Assembly (NCBI GenBank): GCA_963834415.1 | Contig: CAWIBP010000005.1 | Location: 82,976 to 146,975, forward strand | Length of the DNA stretch: 64,000 nucleotides | Source of the DNA: an uncultured Actinomycetes bacterium | GTDB lineage: Bacteria; Actinomycetota; Thermoleophilia; Gaiellales; JALYLC01 | Direction: 5' to 3' | The notes under the pieces: model-generated | The model's database searches: none | Told to the model about the DNA's origin: nothing | The model's input: only the letters and a program-made list of their open reading frames with translations | Made by a program: the position numbers and the translations under genes | In this document: piece by piece, positions 8,740-18,804 of the stretch | Layout: each line of letters opens with the position of its first letter | How positions within the stretch are numbered: position 1 is the first letter of the stretch

Positions 8740-10518
8740 GTGACCGTTCCGGTCGAAATGATCGTTCCGCGAGACGCCGGCCCGGGCGTGCGTTCCTGCT
8801 CGGGGGCATGGGCGCGAGTGCCTGCGCGCCGGCGGCGTCGACGTGCGCGAGGTCGACGTCGGCGACGCATCGCCGAGCGCCACCTCGGTGATCGTCTCAC
8901 CGCACGCGGCGCTCCGGCCGCTCGCAGACGATCCCGTGCGCGTCGCCGGCCTGCTGAGACGCGCCGTCTGCATCTCGCTGAGCCGCCTCGGCTCGGGCGC
9001 GCTCGGCGCGGACCGGCCGTTCCACCATGCGGCGACCGCCTCGGTCGCGCTCTCGCGCGACGCCGCCCGCTACCTCTCCGCCCACGGCGTGCCCGACCGC
9101 GCATCTCGAAGCCGGGCGCGCATGCGCTCCTCCAGGCGGCGAACGCCGGCGAGCGCGTCGTCACCGTCGGCGTGCACGCCCGCCACTCGAGCTTCAGCGA
9201 GGACGTGCTCGCGCGCTCGCGGTCCGTGCTCGACCGCCACGCCTGCGACCTGCGCATCTCGCACAGCCCGCGCGACCATGCCGCCCGGGACACCTCGCGC
9301 CCGACGAGTGGCTGGCGTGGCTGGCGAGCGTCGACGTGCTGCTCTCGCTGCCGCCCGAGCCAGGCCCCGGCATCGACTGGTGCGAGCTCGCGCCGGCGGT
9401 CATGAACGGCGCGGTGGTGCTGACGACGGCGGAATCCGACTTCGGCCCGCTCGAGCCCGGCGAGGACGTCGCAGTCACGACCGGCCCGGCGTTCGCCGAT
9501 GCGCTCCGACGGCTGCTCGCCGACGACGATCGGCGCGAGCGCATGCGTTCCTCGGCTCGCGGGCGCCTGTCGGCGGCGCCGCTCGACGTGACGCCGCTGG
9601 CCGAGGCGATCGACTCGGTCACCGCGGGCTCGCGCCGCGCACGGCCGCTCGTGCTGCCTCCGGCCGCGCGCGCAGCCGCCGGTCCCGATGCGGCGGCCGA
9701 CATGGCCGGCGCGCTCGCCGCTGCGGATGCAGGGCGCGCACGCCGCGCCCAGGCGCGCACGGGCGCTGCCGATCGCGTCACGGTCACGGCCGGCTGGGAG
9801 GCGGCGGCCGCAGCGCTGAGCATCGTCGATCCCGAGCTACCGGCAGGCCGCCTTCCTCACCGAGGCGGTCGAGAGCGCGCTCGCCGCGGTCGGGCCCGAG
9901 CTCGAGGTGGTGATCGTCGACGACGGCTCCGACGACGGCTCCCCGGCGCTCGCCCGCGCGCTCATGGCGCGCCACGACGACCGGGCGCTCAAGCTGGTCG
10001 AGCAGGCCGACAACGGAGGCGTCGCCGAGGCGCGCAACCACGGCCTGCGCGAAGGCAGGGCCGCGCTCGCGCTGCTGCTGGACGCCGACGACACGCTGCT
10101 TCCCCACGGCCCGGCGGCGCTCCACGACGCGCTGCTGGCCGACCCGGACGCCGCCTTCGCGTACGGCTTCGTCGCGCGCTCCGGCCACGAGCTCGAGTCC
10201 CTGCTCGGCACGTCGCCGTGGGACCCGGGGCTGTTCCGGCAGGGCAACTACATCCCGGTGAGCTGCTCGCTCGTCCGGCGCTCCGCCTGGGAGGGCGTCG
10301 GGGGCTTCTCCGCCGAAGGCCTGCTCGAGCTCGGCTGGGAGGACATGGATTTCTGGCTCCGGCTCGCCGCGGCCGGCGGGCACGCCGTGCACGTGCGGCG
10401 GATCGTCGGGACATACCGGGCGCACGGCACCTCCCAGAGCACCGTCGCCAACCGCCACGCGGCTGCGCTGGAGACGTTCATGTCGCGAGCGACATCCGAT
10501 CCTGAGTGGCGGGCATGA
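8740..10518 (+). pseudogene. two-domain glycosyltransferase (GT-B-like N-part plus GT2 C-part), frame-disrupted
   Basis: The protein-like frame jumps between track ORFs in the order 8843.. > 8740.. > 9027.. > 9907.. . Junctions are near 9100, 9290 and 9822, the last reading LSIV-g-IPSYRQAAFLTEAVE...VVIVDDGSDDGS. The 5' boundary is uncertain. Confidence 0.6.
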
Positions 10519-10877
10519 CGCCTGACGAGGTCCTCGATCACCTCGAGGCCGAGCTGGCACGCTGCCGCGACGAGCGCGATCGGCTGCGCGCCGAGCTCGA
10601 GGTGGCGATGGCGGATCGCGACCGTGCGGTGCTCGAGGGCCTGCGCTGGGATCGCATGCTGCTCGAGCTCCAGGCCGACCTCGCTGCCGCCGAGACCAAG
10701 CGCGACTGGCTCTACGGCGAGCTGGACTCGGTGCTGGCATCGCGCAGCTGGCTCGTGACGAAGCCGCTGCGCCGCCTGCTCGGCTCGGACCGGCCGGAGG
10801 AGCCCGAGGCGCCCGTCGCGCCGAAGCCCCGCAGCGCGCCGTCCGAGCCCGCGGAGAGCGCGGGACAGCAGCCGTGA
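10506..10877 (+). CDS. coiled-coil protein, unknown function
   Basis: Heptad-like text LEAELARCRDERDRLRAELEVAMADRDRAVLEGL...LELQADLAAAETKRDWLYGELD. An alternative ATG at 10515 overlaps the upstream stop (ATGA), and its own stop overlaps the next GTG (GTGA). Confidence 0.6.
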   Translation: MAGMTPDEVLDHLEAELARCRDERDRLRAELEVAMADRDRAVLEGLRWDRMLLELQADLAAAETKRDWLYGELDSVLASRSWLVTKPLRRLLGSDRPEEPEAPVAPKPRSAPSEPAESAGQQP

Positions 10878-13151
10878 GCGCCACCGAGAGATCCACGCTC
10901 GTCCTGATCTCGCGCACGGGGGAGGGCATCCCCGGCGACCCGAGCTGGAGCGCATCTGCGCGGGACGCGAGATCGAGGTGCTGCTCGCGATCGCGCCGTG
11001 GCGGCCGAGCGCCCATGCGCGCGCACGGCGGCGGCACGCTCGTCTTCCCGCCCGGCGCCGCGTGGGGCGATGTCGTGCTCGCCTGCGCCGAGGCCGCGAC
11101 GGGCGATCGCATGGTCTTCGTCGAGCTGCCGGCGGTGCGGTCGCTCGCCCGCGTGCTCGAGCTGCTCGACGAGCTCGACCACGCAGATGTTGCCGGCGCG
11201 CGGCTGCTGCGCCACGACGGGGTCACGCTCGAGGCCGCCGGCGGTGGGTTCAGCAGCGCGCGCTATGCCGTCGCCCTCGAGAGCGGCACGATTGCGAGCA
11301 CGCTCCCGGACGAGCGCCGGCCGGTGCTCTGGGTCGATCGGCGGGCCTTCGCCGCGCGCCGTCACGTCCTCATCGTCACGGGTCCGCCGCACGTCAGCGT
11401 GGGTGACGTGCTCGCCGAGGCCGACTGGGGCTGGCGCATCTCGATGACCGACCACCGCGTGATCTGCTCCCCGGTGCTCGTGCCCATCGACGAGGGCGTC
11501 GGGCCTCCGCGCGCGACCACCCCACTCAGCGAGGAGGGCAGGCGGGTGCGGGCCGCGATCGCCTTGCTCGCGTGCATGCTCGAGACCCCGTCGCTCAACC
11601 GCGTGCTCGCGGAGAACCCCGCGGCCGCCGCCGCGCTCGGCGTCGGCGCCCCGGCCGGCCTCCTCCACCTCTCCGAGCGGGATCTGCGGGAGCGGCGCAG
11701 CGCGGCGCAGACCGCTCGCACGCGCGACGACGCGGCGCTCGTGGAGCGCCTCGGCGACGCGTTCGACATCGAGCGCGCGGCACCCGTCGCCCGCATCACC
11801 GGCCCGCTGCGCGTCGCCGAGCGCCCGCGCGTCGCCATTCTCTGCTCGGACGTGGTCGGCGGCGGCCTCGCCGGGCCTGCGATCCGCGCGCTCGAGAGCG
11901 CGCGCGTGCTCGCCGCGCGCTTCGACGTCCAGATCGGGGTGCGCGACGCGTCGGCCGCGATCGCCGCGCCGTGCCCCGTGCGCCGCCTCTCGCGGGCGGT
12001 CGTCCGCGACCTGCTGGCCGGCTCGGACGCGATCGTCCTGCAGGGGCCGGTCAGCGAGTGGTATCCGGAGATCCTCGCTGCCGACGTGCCGATCGCGGTG
12101 GACCTCTACGACCCGATGAACCTCGAAGCGCTCGAGAGCGCCAACGCCGACCAACTCGTGCCGTACACGACGAAGCTCCTGCGCGAGCAGGTCGAGCGCG
12201 GCGACTTCTTCTTCTGCGCGAGCGAGCGGCAGCGCGACTACTGGATCGGCATGCTCGCGGGCGTCGGCCGGGTCACGAGCGCCGCGTATCGCGCCGATCC
12301 CGATCTGCGCCAGCTGATCGACGTCGTGCCGTTCGGCATCCCGTCGGAGCCGCCGCAGCGCACGGCCCCGGGCGTGCGCGGCGTGGTCGCCCGGGATCGG
12401 CGACGACGATCCCCTGCTGATCTGGAACGGCGGGCTGTGGGGCTGGTTCGAGCCCGAGCTCTTCATCCGCGCGATCGACCTCGCGCGCCACGAGGTACCG
12501 AACGTGCGCGCGTACTTCATGGGCGTGCGCGACCCGCGCGCCGATGAGCTCTCGCGCGAGGCGCGGAGCGCGATCGCGCTGGCCGAGCGACTCGGGCTGC
12601 GCGACCGCCACGTCTTCTTCAACGACTGGACGCCGTACGACACGCGCCAGAACGTCTACCTCGACGCCACGGCGGCGATCAGCTTCCATCGCGCCCATCT
12701 CGAGACGCGCTTCTCGTTCCGCACGCGCATCCTCGACTGCATCTGGGCCTCGCTGCCGATCGTCTCGAGCCAGGGCGACGTGCTCGCCGACCTCGTGCGC
12801 AACGAGCGGCTCGGCATCACCGTCACCCCGGGGGACGTCGACGCGGCCGCAGCGGCAATCGTGCGCATCGCGAGCGACGCCGAGCTGCAGCGGGCGTGCC
12901 GCGACAACCTCACCGCGCTCGCCCATCGGCACACCTGGAGCACTGCGCTCGCGCCGCTCGTCGACTGGCTCGCGCGGCCGCGGCGGAGCGTGCCGGCCAT
13001 GAACCTCGCCGAGTTCGAGCTCGACGAGCGCACCGACCCGGCGCCCGGCACGTTCAAGGCGAGCGTTCCCCTGCCGCTCCGCATGTTCGTGCTCGGCCCC
13101 GCGAAGCGCAGGCTCCAGCGCGCGGCCATGCGCCTCGGCGACGACGGTTGA
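10874..13151 (+). pseudogene. large multidomain glycosyltransferase (C-terminal GT1/GT4 domain), frame-disrupted
   Basis: Joins track ORFs 10874..12547 and 12504..13151 at about 12385 (GVRGVV / PGIGDDDPLLIWNGGLWGWFEPELF). A possible compensating pair lies at about 10935 and 11010. The C-domain is paralogous to 16605..17750. Confidence 0.7.
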
Positions 13152-13158
13152 GCCGCAC

Positions 13159-13947
13159 GTGATCCGCCACCTCGCCGATCTCCGCGGCTTCGGCTACCTG
13201 TTCCGGAACTTCCTCTCGCGCGACCTCAGCTCGCGCTACAAGGGCTCGCTGCTGGGCGTCGCGTGGTCGCTCATGAACCCGCTCGTGATGATGGGCATCT
13301 ACACGGTCGTGTTCTCGGTGATCTTCCCGCAGTCGGAGCCGGACTACGCGATCCTGCTGCTCGCGGCCTACCTGCCGTTCTTCTTCTTCCAGTCCGCCGT
13401 CTCGCTGGGCGTGCCGACGCTCGTCGCGAACGCCGGCCTGATCAAGAAGGTCTACTTCCCTCGCGAGCTGCTGCCGCTCTCGATGACGGCCGCGAGCTTC
13501 ATCAACTTCCTCTTCACCATGGCGCTGCTGCTGCCCGCGGCGGCGTACGCGCGCGAGGGCGTCAACGGCTGGGCACTGCTCGCGCTCGTGCCGGTCGCGA
13601 TCAGCTTCTTCCTCGCCACGGCCGGCCTCGTGATGCTGCTCGCGGCCCTCAACGTGTACTTCCGCGACGTCGAGTTCCTGAGCGGCGTCGTGCTCACGGT
13701 GCTCTTCTACCTGACGCCGGTCGTGTACACGCTCGGGCTCGTGGCGGAGCGGAGCCGCACGGTCGAGCTGTGGATCGGGCGCAACCCGCTCACGCCGTTC
13801 ACGGAGGCATTCCGCACGGCGATCTACTACAAGGACGTCCCCGTGCCGCTGCGCCTCGGCGAGTGCGCGTTCATCGGCGTCGGCGGGTTCGTGATCGGCT
13901 ACGCGGTCTTCAACGCCATCAAGGGCCGGCTGGCGGAGGAGCTGTGA
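13159..13947 (+). CDS. wzm: ABC-2 type polysaccharide export permease
   Basis: YRFRNFLSRDLSSRYKGSLLGVAWSLMNPL signature and six predicted TM stretches. Intact. Confidence 0.9.
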   Translation: MIRHLADLRGFGYLFRNFLSRDLSSRYKGSLLGVAWSLMNPLVMMGIYTVVFSVIFPQSEPDYAILLLAAYLPFFFFQSAVSLGVPTLVANAGLIKKVYFPRELLPLSMTAASFINFLFTMALLLPAAAYAREGVNGWALLALVPVAISFFLATAGLVMLLAALNVYFRDVEFLSGVVLTVLFYLTPVVYTLGLVAERSRTVELWIGRNPLTPFTEAFRTAIYYKDVPVPLRLGECAFIGVGGFVIGYAVFNAIKGRLAEEL

Positions 13948-15179
13948 CCGAGAACGCGATCACGGTCGATCACGTCACGAAGAGCTTCCGCATCTACCGG
14001 CGGCGGGAGACGACGCTCAAGGCCACGATCCTGCGTGCCCGGCGCGGCGAGTGGGAGGAGCTGCGAGCGGCCGACGATCTCTCCTTCACCGTCCCGCGCG
14101 GCCAGGCGCTCGGCGTGATCGGCCCGAACGGCGCCGGCAAGTCGACGCTGCTCAAGATGCTCGCGCGCATCCTCACCCCCGACAAGGGCAAGGTCGCGAT
14201 CGACGGGCGCGTCTCGGCGCTGCTCGAGCTCGGTGCGGGCTTCCACCCGGAGTACTCGGCGGTCGACAACATCTTCCTCTCGGGCGCCTTCTACGGCATG
14301 TCGCGCTCGCAGCTCAAGCCGCGCGTCGACTCGATCATCGAGTTCGCCGAGCTCGGGCGCTTCGCCGACAACCCGGTCAAGACCTACTCGAGTGGCATGT
14401 ACGCGCGGCTCGGCTTCGCGATCGCCGTCAGCGTCGAGCCCGACGTCCTGCTCGCCGACGAGGTGCTGGCGGTCGGCGACGAGAGCTTCCGCCAGCGCTG
14501 CTACGACCGCATGCTCGAGTTCCGCGACGCCGGGCGCACGCTCGTGCTCGTCACGCACGACCTCGGTGCCGTGCACCAGTTCTGCGACCGCGCGATCTGG
14601 CTCGCGCACGGCAAGATCGAGCGCGACGGCGATCCGCGCGACGTCGTGCGCGCGTACATCCGCGAGGTCAACGCGGGCGACGAGGCGGCCTCGGAGCTCT
14701 CCAGCGCCGCGCGCCCCGGCGCCGCCGGCACGCACACGCCGATCAACGCCGGCGTGCCCATCACGCTGCGCTCGCTGCGCGTGACCGCCGGCGACGGCGC
14801 CGAGCGCTCGATCTACCAGAACGGCGAGGCGCTGCGCGTGGAGGTCGGCTACCACGCGCGCAATCCCGTGCGCTCGCCGATCTGCGAGGTCGAGGTGCAC
14901 CGCCACGACGGCACGCACGTCGCGACGGGGTCGACCTACGCCGCGGGCTTCGAGACCGGCGACGTGCTCGAGGGCGAGGGCAGCTTCGTGTGGCGGCTCG
15001 AGGATCTGCGCCTCACGCCCGGCAGCTACTACCTCTCGCCGCTGCTGCGCGACCACTCCGGCGTGCACGTGCTCGATCGCCACGAGCGCTGGGTCCGCCT
15101 GCAGATCCGTGAGGGCGTCTACCAGGAGCGCGAGGGCTGCGTGGTGCTGCCCGGCACCTGGGACGTCGACCGCGCCTGA
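13944..15179 (+). CDS. wzt: polysaccharide ABC exporter ATP-binding protein with C-terminal glycan-binding-type domain
   Basis: GTGA-coupled GTG at 13944. Walker A GPNGAGKST, signature YSSGMYARL, Walker B LLADE. A ~150-aa beta-rich C-terminal extension covers about 14709-15179. Confidence 0.9.
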   Translation: MTENAITVDHVTKSFRIYRRRETTLKATILRARRGEWEELRAADDLSFTVPRGQALGVIGPNGAGKSTLLKMLARILTPDKGKVAIDGRVSALLELGAGFHPEYSAVDNIFLSGAFYGMSRSQLKPRVDSIIEFAELGRFADNPVKTYSSGMYARLGFAIAVSVEPDVLLADEVLAVGDESFRQRCYDRMLEFRDAGRTLVLVTHDLGAVHQFCDRAIWLAHGKIERDGDPRDVVRAYIREVNAGDEAASELSSAARPGAAGTHTPINAGVPITLRSLRVTAGDGAERSIYQNGEALRVEVGYHARNPVRSPICEVEVHRHDGTHVATGSTYAAGFETGDVLEGEGSFVWRLEDLRLTPGSYYLSPLLRDHSGVHVLDRHERWVRLQIREGVYQEREGCVVLPGTWDVDRA

Positions 15180-15182
15180 GGA

Positions 15183-16517
15183 CTACAGCGGCGAGGCGGT
15201 GTACGTGAAATACGTGAGCGCCGCGCCGAGCACGAGCGCCGCGCTGCGCGCCAGCACGGGGTTGCGGAAGAGCGCCGCGAAGATCGTGCCCGCCAGGCAG
15301 GCCGCAGCCGCCTGCTCGGCGGTGAAGTAGCGGTAGACGAAGTCGCCGCCGCCGGTCACGACGACCGCGAGGTAGAGCATCAGGAACACGCTCAGGTGCG
15401 CGACCACGACCGCGAGCAGCCAGAACCCGACTGCCGTGCGCTCGCGCTCGGAGCCGCGCATCAGCACGTAGGCGAGGCCGCCGAGCGTGAGCGGGATCAG
15501 CAGCAGCAGCGGCCGGTAGTCCCAGATGTACGGGCTCGTCTGCCACCAGTGGAACGGCTCCTGGATGCTGTCCACGAACGACTGGCGATAGTTGGTCGCG
15601 AACTGCTGGAGGTCGAGCGCCTTGGTCGAGGGCGCGTAGCCGGGCCCCGAGGCAGCTGCGCGCGGCGTGACCCAGTGATAGCGGTAGAGGTTCGAGAGCA
15701 CCCAGAGCGCGAGCGGGATGCCTGCGATCACGACGCGCGTCGCGGGGCCGCGCCAGGCCGCGCGGCCCTCGGCGCGCAGCTGCGCGATCGCCGCCGCGAA
15801 GAGGCAGATCGCGGCCAGGGGGACGACGATCGTATGGCTGATCGAGAACGCCCCTGCGACGCACACGAGCGGCCACGACAGACGCCGCGCCCGCACCCCG
15901 CGTGCGGCGAGCCAGAGTATGGCGCCCCCCAGCGGCAGCATGATCGCGCCGTTCGTGACGAAGCTCTGGATGTCGACGATGCCGCCCGCGCTCGCGAGCG
16001 TGAGCGCCGCGATGCCGCCGCCGAGCGGCGATGCGCTGAGATCGCGCACGGCCAGGAAGGCGATCAGGATCGCGCACAGGCACAGGAACACGTCGAACAG
16101 GCGGATCGCGATCACCTTGTCGCGGCCATCGACGAACCAGGTCACCGGCGCGGCCGCGTAGTAGTAGACCGGGGGCTGGATCGCCTCGGACTGCAGCACG
16201 TCGTTGAACGCCCCGATCGGGACCGGCGCGCTGCCGACCTTGTCGGGCGCGGGGATGCGCACGTCGCGCGCGGCCATCGGCCCCGGGCCCGCGAACGCGC
16301 GGTCGCGGCCGAGGAAGGGCGGGATTCCGTCCTTGGCGACCGCGAGCACGTAGGCGGTGTGGGTGATCTCGTCGATCGGCCCGTAGATCGGGCGCTCGGA
16401 ATCCTTCACGCCGATCAGCGCCGTGAGCACGAGCGCCACGACGGTCAGGCCGATGCCGATGGCATCGTCGAGGCCCAGGCGCGGACGCAGGCGGGCAGCC
16501 GTCAGCGCGAGATCCAC
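15183..16517 (-). CDS. polytopic membrane protein, GT-C-like glycosyltransferase candidate
   Basis: GTG at 16517 lies 6 nt after TACGCT (leaderless). About 10 or more hydrophobic segments. A GPIDEITHTAY acidic loop follows TM1. The upstream part of track ORF 15183..17588 is GC artefact. Confidence 0.7.
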   Translation of the reverse strand: MDLALTAARLRPRLGLDDAIGIGLTVVALVLTALIGVKDSERPIYGPIDEITHTAYVLAVAKDGIPPFLGRDRAFAGPGPMAARDVRIPAPDKVGSAPVPIGAFNDVLQSEAIQPPVYYYAAAPVTWFVDGRDKVIAIRLFDVFLCLCAILIAFLAVRDLSASPLGGGIAALTLASAGGIVDIQSFVTNGAIMLPLGGAILWLAARGVRARRLSWPLVCVAGAFSISHTIVVPLAAICLFAAAIAQLRAEGRAAWRGPATRVVIAGIPLALWVLSNLYRYHWVTPRAAASGPGYAPSTKALDLQQFATNYRQSFVDSIQEPFHWWQTSPYIWDYRPLLLLIPLTLGGLAYVLMRGSERERTAVGFWLLAVVVAHLSVFLMLYLAVVVTGGGDFVYRYFTAEQAAAACLAGTIFAALFRNPVLARSAALVLGAALTYFTYTASPL

Positions 16518-16604
16518 CGGGCGAGCGTAGCAGCGGGCATGAGGGCCGGATTCAGGCCGGACGGCGCGTAGAGGACTCCTCGGGCCCGGCAGGAACACCG
16601 CACG

Positions 16605-17750
16605 GTGACGAAGGTGCTGGTCATCTCGCCGGCGGCCGGTGACGCCTCGCTCGAGATCGCCGGCCCCGCGCTGCGCTATCGCCAGCTCGCCGGCGAGCTG
16701 CGGCGCGCCGGCATCGAGGTGACGCTCGCGACGCGCGGGCCCGGGGGCGACGCCGACTGGCTGCGCACCAGCGTGCTCCAGCTCGCACGCGGCCAGGCCG
16801 CGGTCGTGTGCCCGCAGGGCCTCGCCGACGAGGCTGCCTCGCTCGCGCGGCGCATGCCGCCCGAGTGCGCGCTCGTCGTCGACTGCTACGCCCCGGCGCT
16901 CGTCGAGCGCGCGCTGCTCGCGCCCGGCGACGTCCGCTTCGCCGGCTTCCGCCGCGCCGTGCTGGCCGCGCTGGCGCGCGCCGACCTGCTGCTCGTGGCC
17001 AACGAGCCGCAGCGGGCCTACGCGATCGGCATGCTCTCCGCGCTCGGGCGCGTCGCGCCGGAGGGGACGCCGCCTGCCGTCCTGCTGGCGCCGATGGGCG
17101 CCCCGCCTGCCCACGGGCCGGGCGAGCAGCCCGCGACTCCGCAGGTGCTCTGGTACGGCGGTCTGTGGCCATGGTTCGACGGCGCGACGGCCGTGCGCGC
17201 CTTCGCGCTCGCCGCCGGCGCCCATCCCGAGGTGCGCCTGCGCATCCTCGGCGGGCGCCACCCCCGCGGCGAGGCACCGGACACGCTCGACGCGGTGCTC
17301 GCGCTGGCGGGCGCCCTGGACGTGGCCGGGCGCGTGGACAGCCTGCCCTGGGCCTCGCCCGAAGCGCTCCCGGAGCTGATCGCCCAGGCCTCGTGCGCGC
17401 TCTGCCTCGCGCACGCCGGCATCGAGCACGAGCTCGCGCAGCGCACGCGGATGCTCGATCTGCTGAGCGCCGGCGTGCCGATCGTCTGTACCCGAGGCGA
17501 CGCGCTGGGGCAGCTCGCCGTCGCGGCGGGCGCGGCCACGGCCGTTCCCCCGGACGACGCCGACGCGGCCGCCGCGGCGCTCGCGCACGTGCTCGGCGAC
17601 GAGGCCGTGCGGCGCTCGCAGGGCGAGGCCGGCCGGCGCCTGGCGGCCGAGCTCGCGCCGGAGCAGACGCTCGCGGCGGCGGTGGCGTGGCTGGCATCGC
17701 CGAATGGCGCGAGAGGGGCGCGCGCGCGGCGCTGGGGGCGCGGGGGGTAG
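16605..17750 (+). CDS. glycosyltransferase (GT1-like)
   Basis: VLWYGGLWPWFDGATAVRAF resembles LIWNGGLWGWFEPELFIRAI in the 10874..13151 protein. AGGAA SD lies 9 nt upstream. Confidence 0.75.
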   Translation: MTKVLVISPAAGDASLEIAGPALRYRQLAGELRRAGIEVTLATRGPGGDADWLRTSVLQLARGQAAVVCPQGLADEAASLARRMPPECALVVDCYAPALVERALLAPGDVRFAGFRRAVLAALARADLLLVANEPQRAYAIGMLSALGRVAPEGTPPAVLLAPMGAPPAHGPGEQPATPQVLWYGGLWPWFDGATAVRAFALAAGAHPEVRLRILGGRHPRGEAPDTLDAVLALAGALDVAGRVDSLPWASPEALPELIAQASCALCLAHAGIEHELAQRTRMLDLLSAGVPIVCTRGDALGQLAVAAGAATAVPPDDADAAAAALAHVLGDEAVRRSQGEAGRRLAAELAPEQTLAAAVAWLASPNGARGARARRWGRGG

Positions 17751-17769
17751 CTGCCGTCGCCGCGCGGCG

Positions 17770-18777
17770 TCAGCCCAGCCGTGCGAGCCGCGCGTACGCG
17801 TCCAAGAGCGGTGCGCTGAGACGCGCGACGCCCTCGCCGAACTCGGGCCCGAGCCGGCGCTCGAGGTGCCGCGCGAGCGCGCGGTCGGGAATCCGGCGCA
17901 GGCGCGCGACGGCCCGGCGCTGCTCGCGCACGGCGGGCACGGCCTGGGCCGCGGACGCCAGCGCCCGCAGCTTCTGCGGCAGCCAGCCGCCGCGCGCCGC
18001 GACCGCGAGCAGCGCGAGCTCGGTGCCGAGCAGCGCGGGCGCGAGCCGTGCGAGCGTGGCGGGCTCGTAGTTGGCCGCGATCATCAGCAGGCGGTTGCGC
18101 TCGAGGTGGAACATCTTCGCCCGGTTGCGGTCGAAGTCGTAGTCATGCCGCACGCGCGCATCCGGGCACACGACGATGCGCAGGCCGGCCAGCCGCAGCC
18201 GCCAGCAGAGGTCGGTGTCCTCGCAGTAGAGGAACATCGCCTCCCAGAAGCCGCCCAGCGCGCGGAAGCGCTGCGCGGGCACGAGCAGGCAGGCACCCGA
18301 GCCGACTGCGACCTCGCAGGGCCGGCCGGCCGGTGGCCGGCCGCCGTTCGGCGCCCACGAGAAGCCGAGGTAGTGCAGGCGGTTGCCGGCCGTGTTGACC
18401 GTCCCGTCCGGGTGCAGCACGACGGCCTGCGCCGCGCCCACGCCGGGGTCGTCGTCGGCGCAGCGCACGAGGGCGTCCAGCCAGCCGGGCTCGGGCGCGC
18501 AGTCGAAGTTGAGGAAGACGAGGTGGCGGCCGCCGGCGAGCGCGGCGCCCTGGTTGCAGGCGCGCCCGAAGCCGACGTTCGCGGCGTTGCGGACGAGGCG
18601 CACGCCGGGGCGCCCATCGGCCTCGTCCCAGGAGCCGTCGTCCGAGTCGTTGTCGATCACGATGATCTCGCTGCGGCAGGCCGGCGGCGCGGCGGCGAGC
18701 GCGTCGAGACAGGCTCCGAGGCGTCCGCGGCCGCGGTAGTTGACGATGACGACACTGGCCGCGAGCGCTTCGTCCAC
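17770..18777 (-). CDS. glycosyltransferase family 2 (rhamnosyltransferase-like)
   Basis: GTG at 18777. ASVVIVNYRG...IVIDNDSDDGS...NVGFGRACN...CEDTDLCWR. The rest of track ORF 17770..19386 is artefact. Confidence 0.85.
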   Translation of the reverse strand: MDEALAASVVIVNYRGRGRLGACLDALAAAPPACRSEIIVIDNDSDDGSWDEADGRPGVRLVRNAANVGFGRACNQGAALAGGRHLVFLNFDCAPEPGWLDALVRCADDDPGVGAAQAVVLHPDGTVNTAGNRLHYLGFSWAPNGGRPPAGRPCEVAVGSGACLLVPAQRFRALGGFWEAMFLYCEDTDLCWRLRLAGLRIVVCPDARVRHDYDFDRNRAKMFHLERNRLLMIAANYEPATLARLAPALLGTELALLAVAARGGWLPQKLRALASAAQAVPAVREQRRAVARLRRIPDRALARHLERRLGPEFGEGVARLSAPLLDAYARLARLG

Positions 18778-18785
18778 GGCCTCTG

Positions 18786-18795
18786 ATGGTAGTCT
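18786..18795. promoter_or_regulatory. face-to-face overlapping -10 boxes (ATGGTAGTCT) for divergent leaderless genes
   Basis: TAGTCT (18790-18795) lies 9 nt before GTG 18805. TACCAT on the minus strand (18791-18786) lies 8 nt before GTG 18777. Confidence 0.4.
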
Positions 18796-18804
18796 CGCTG
18801 CGGC

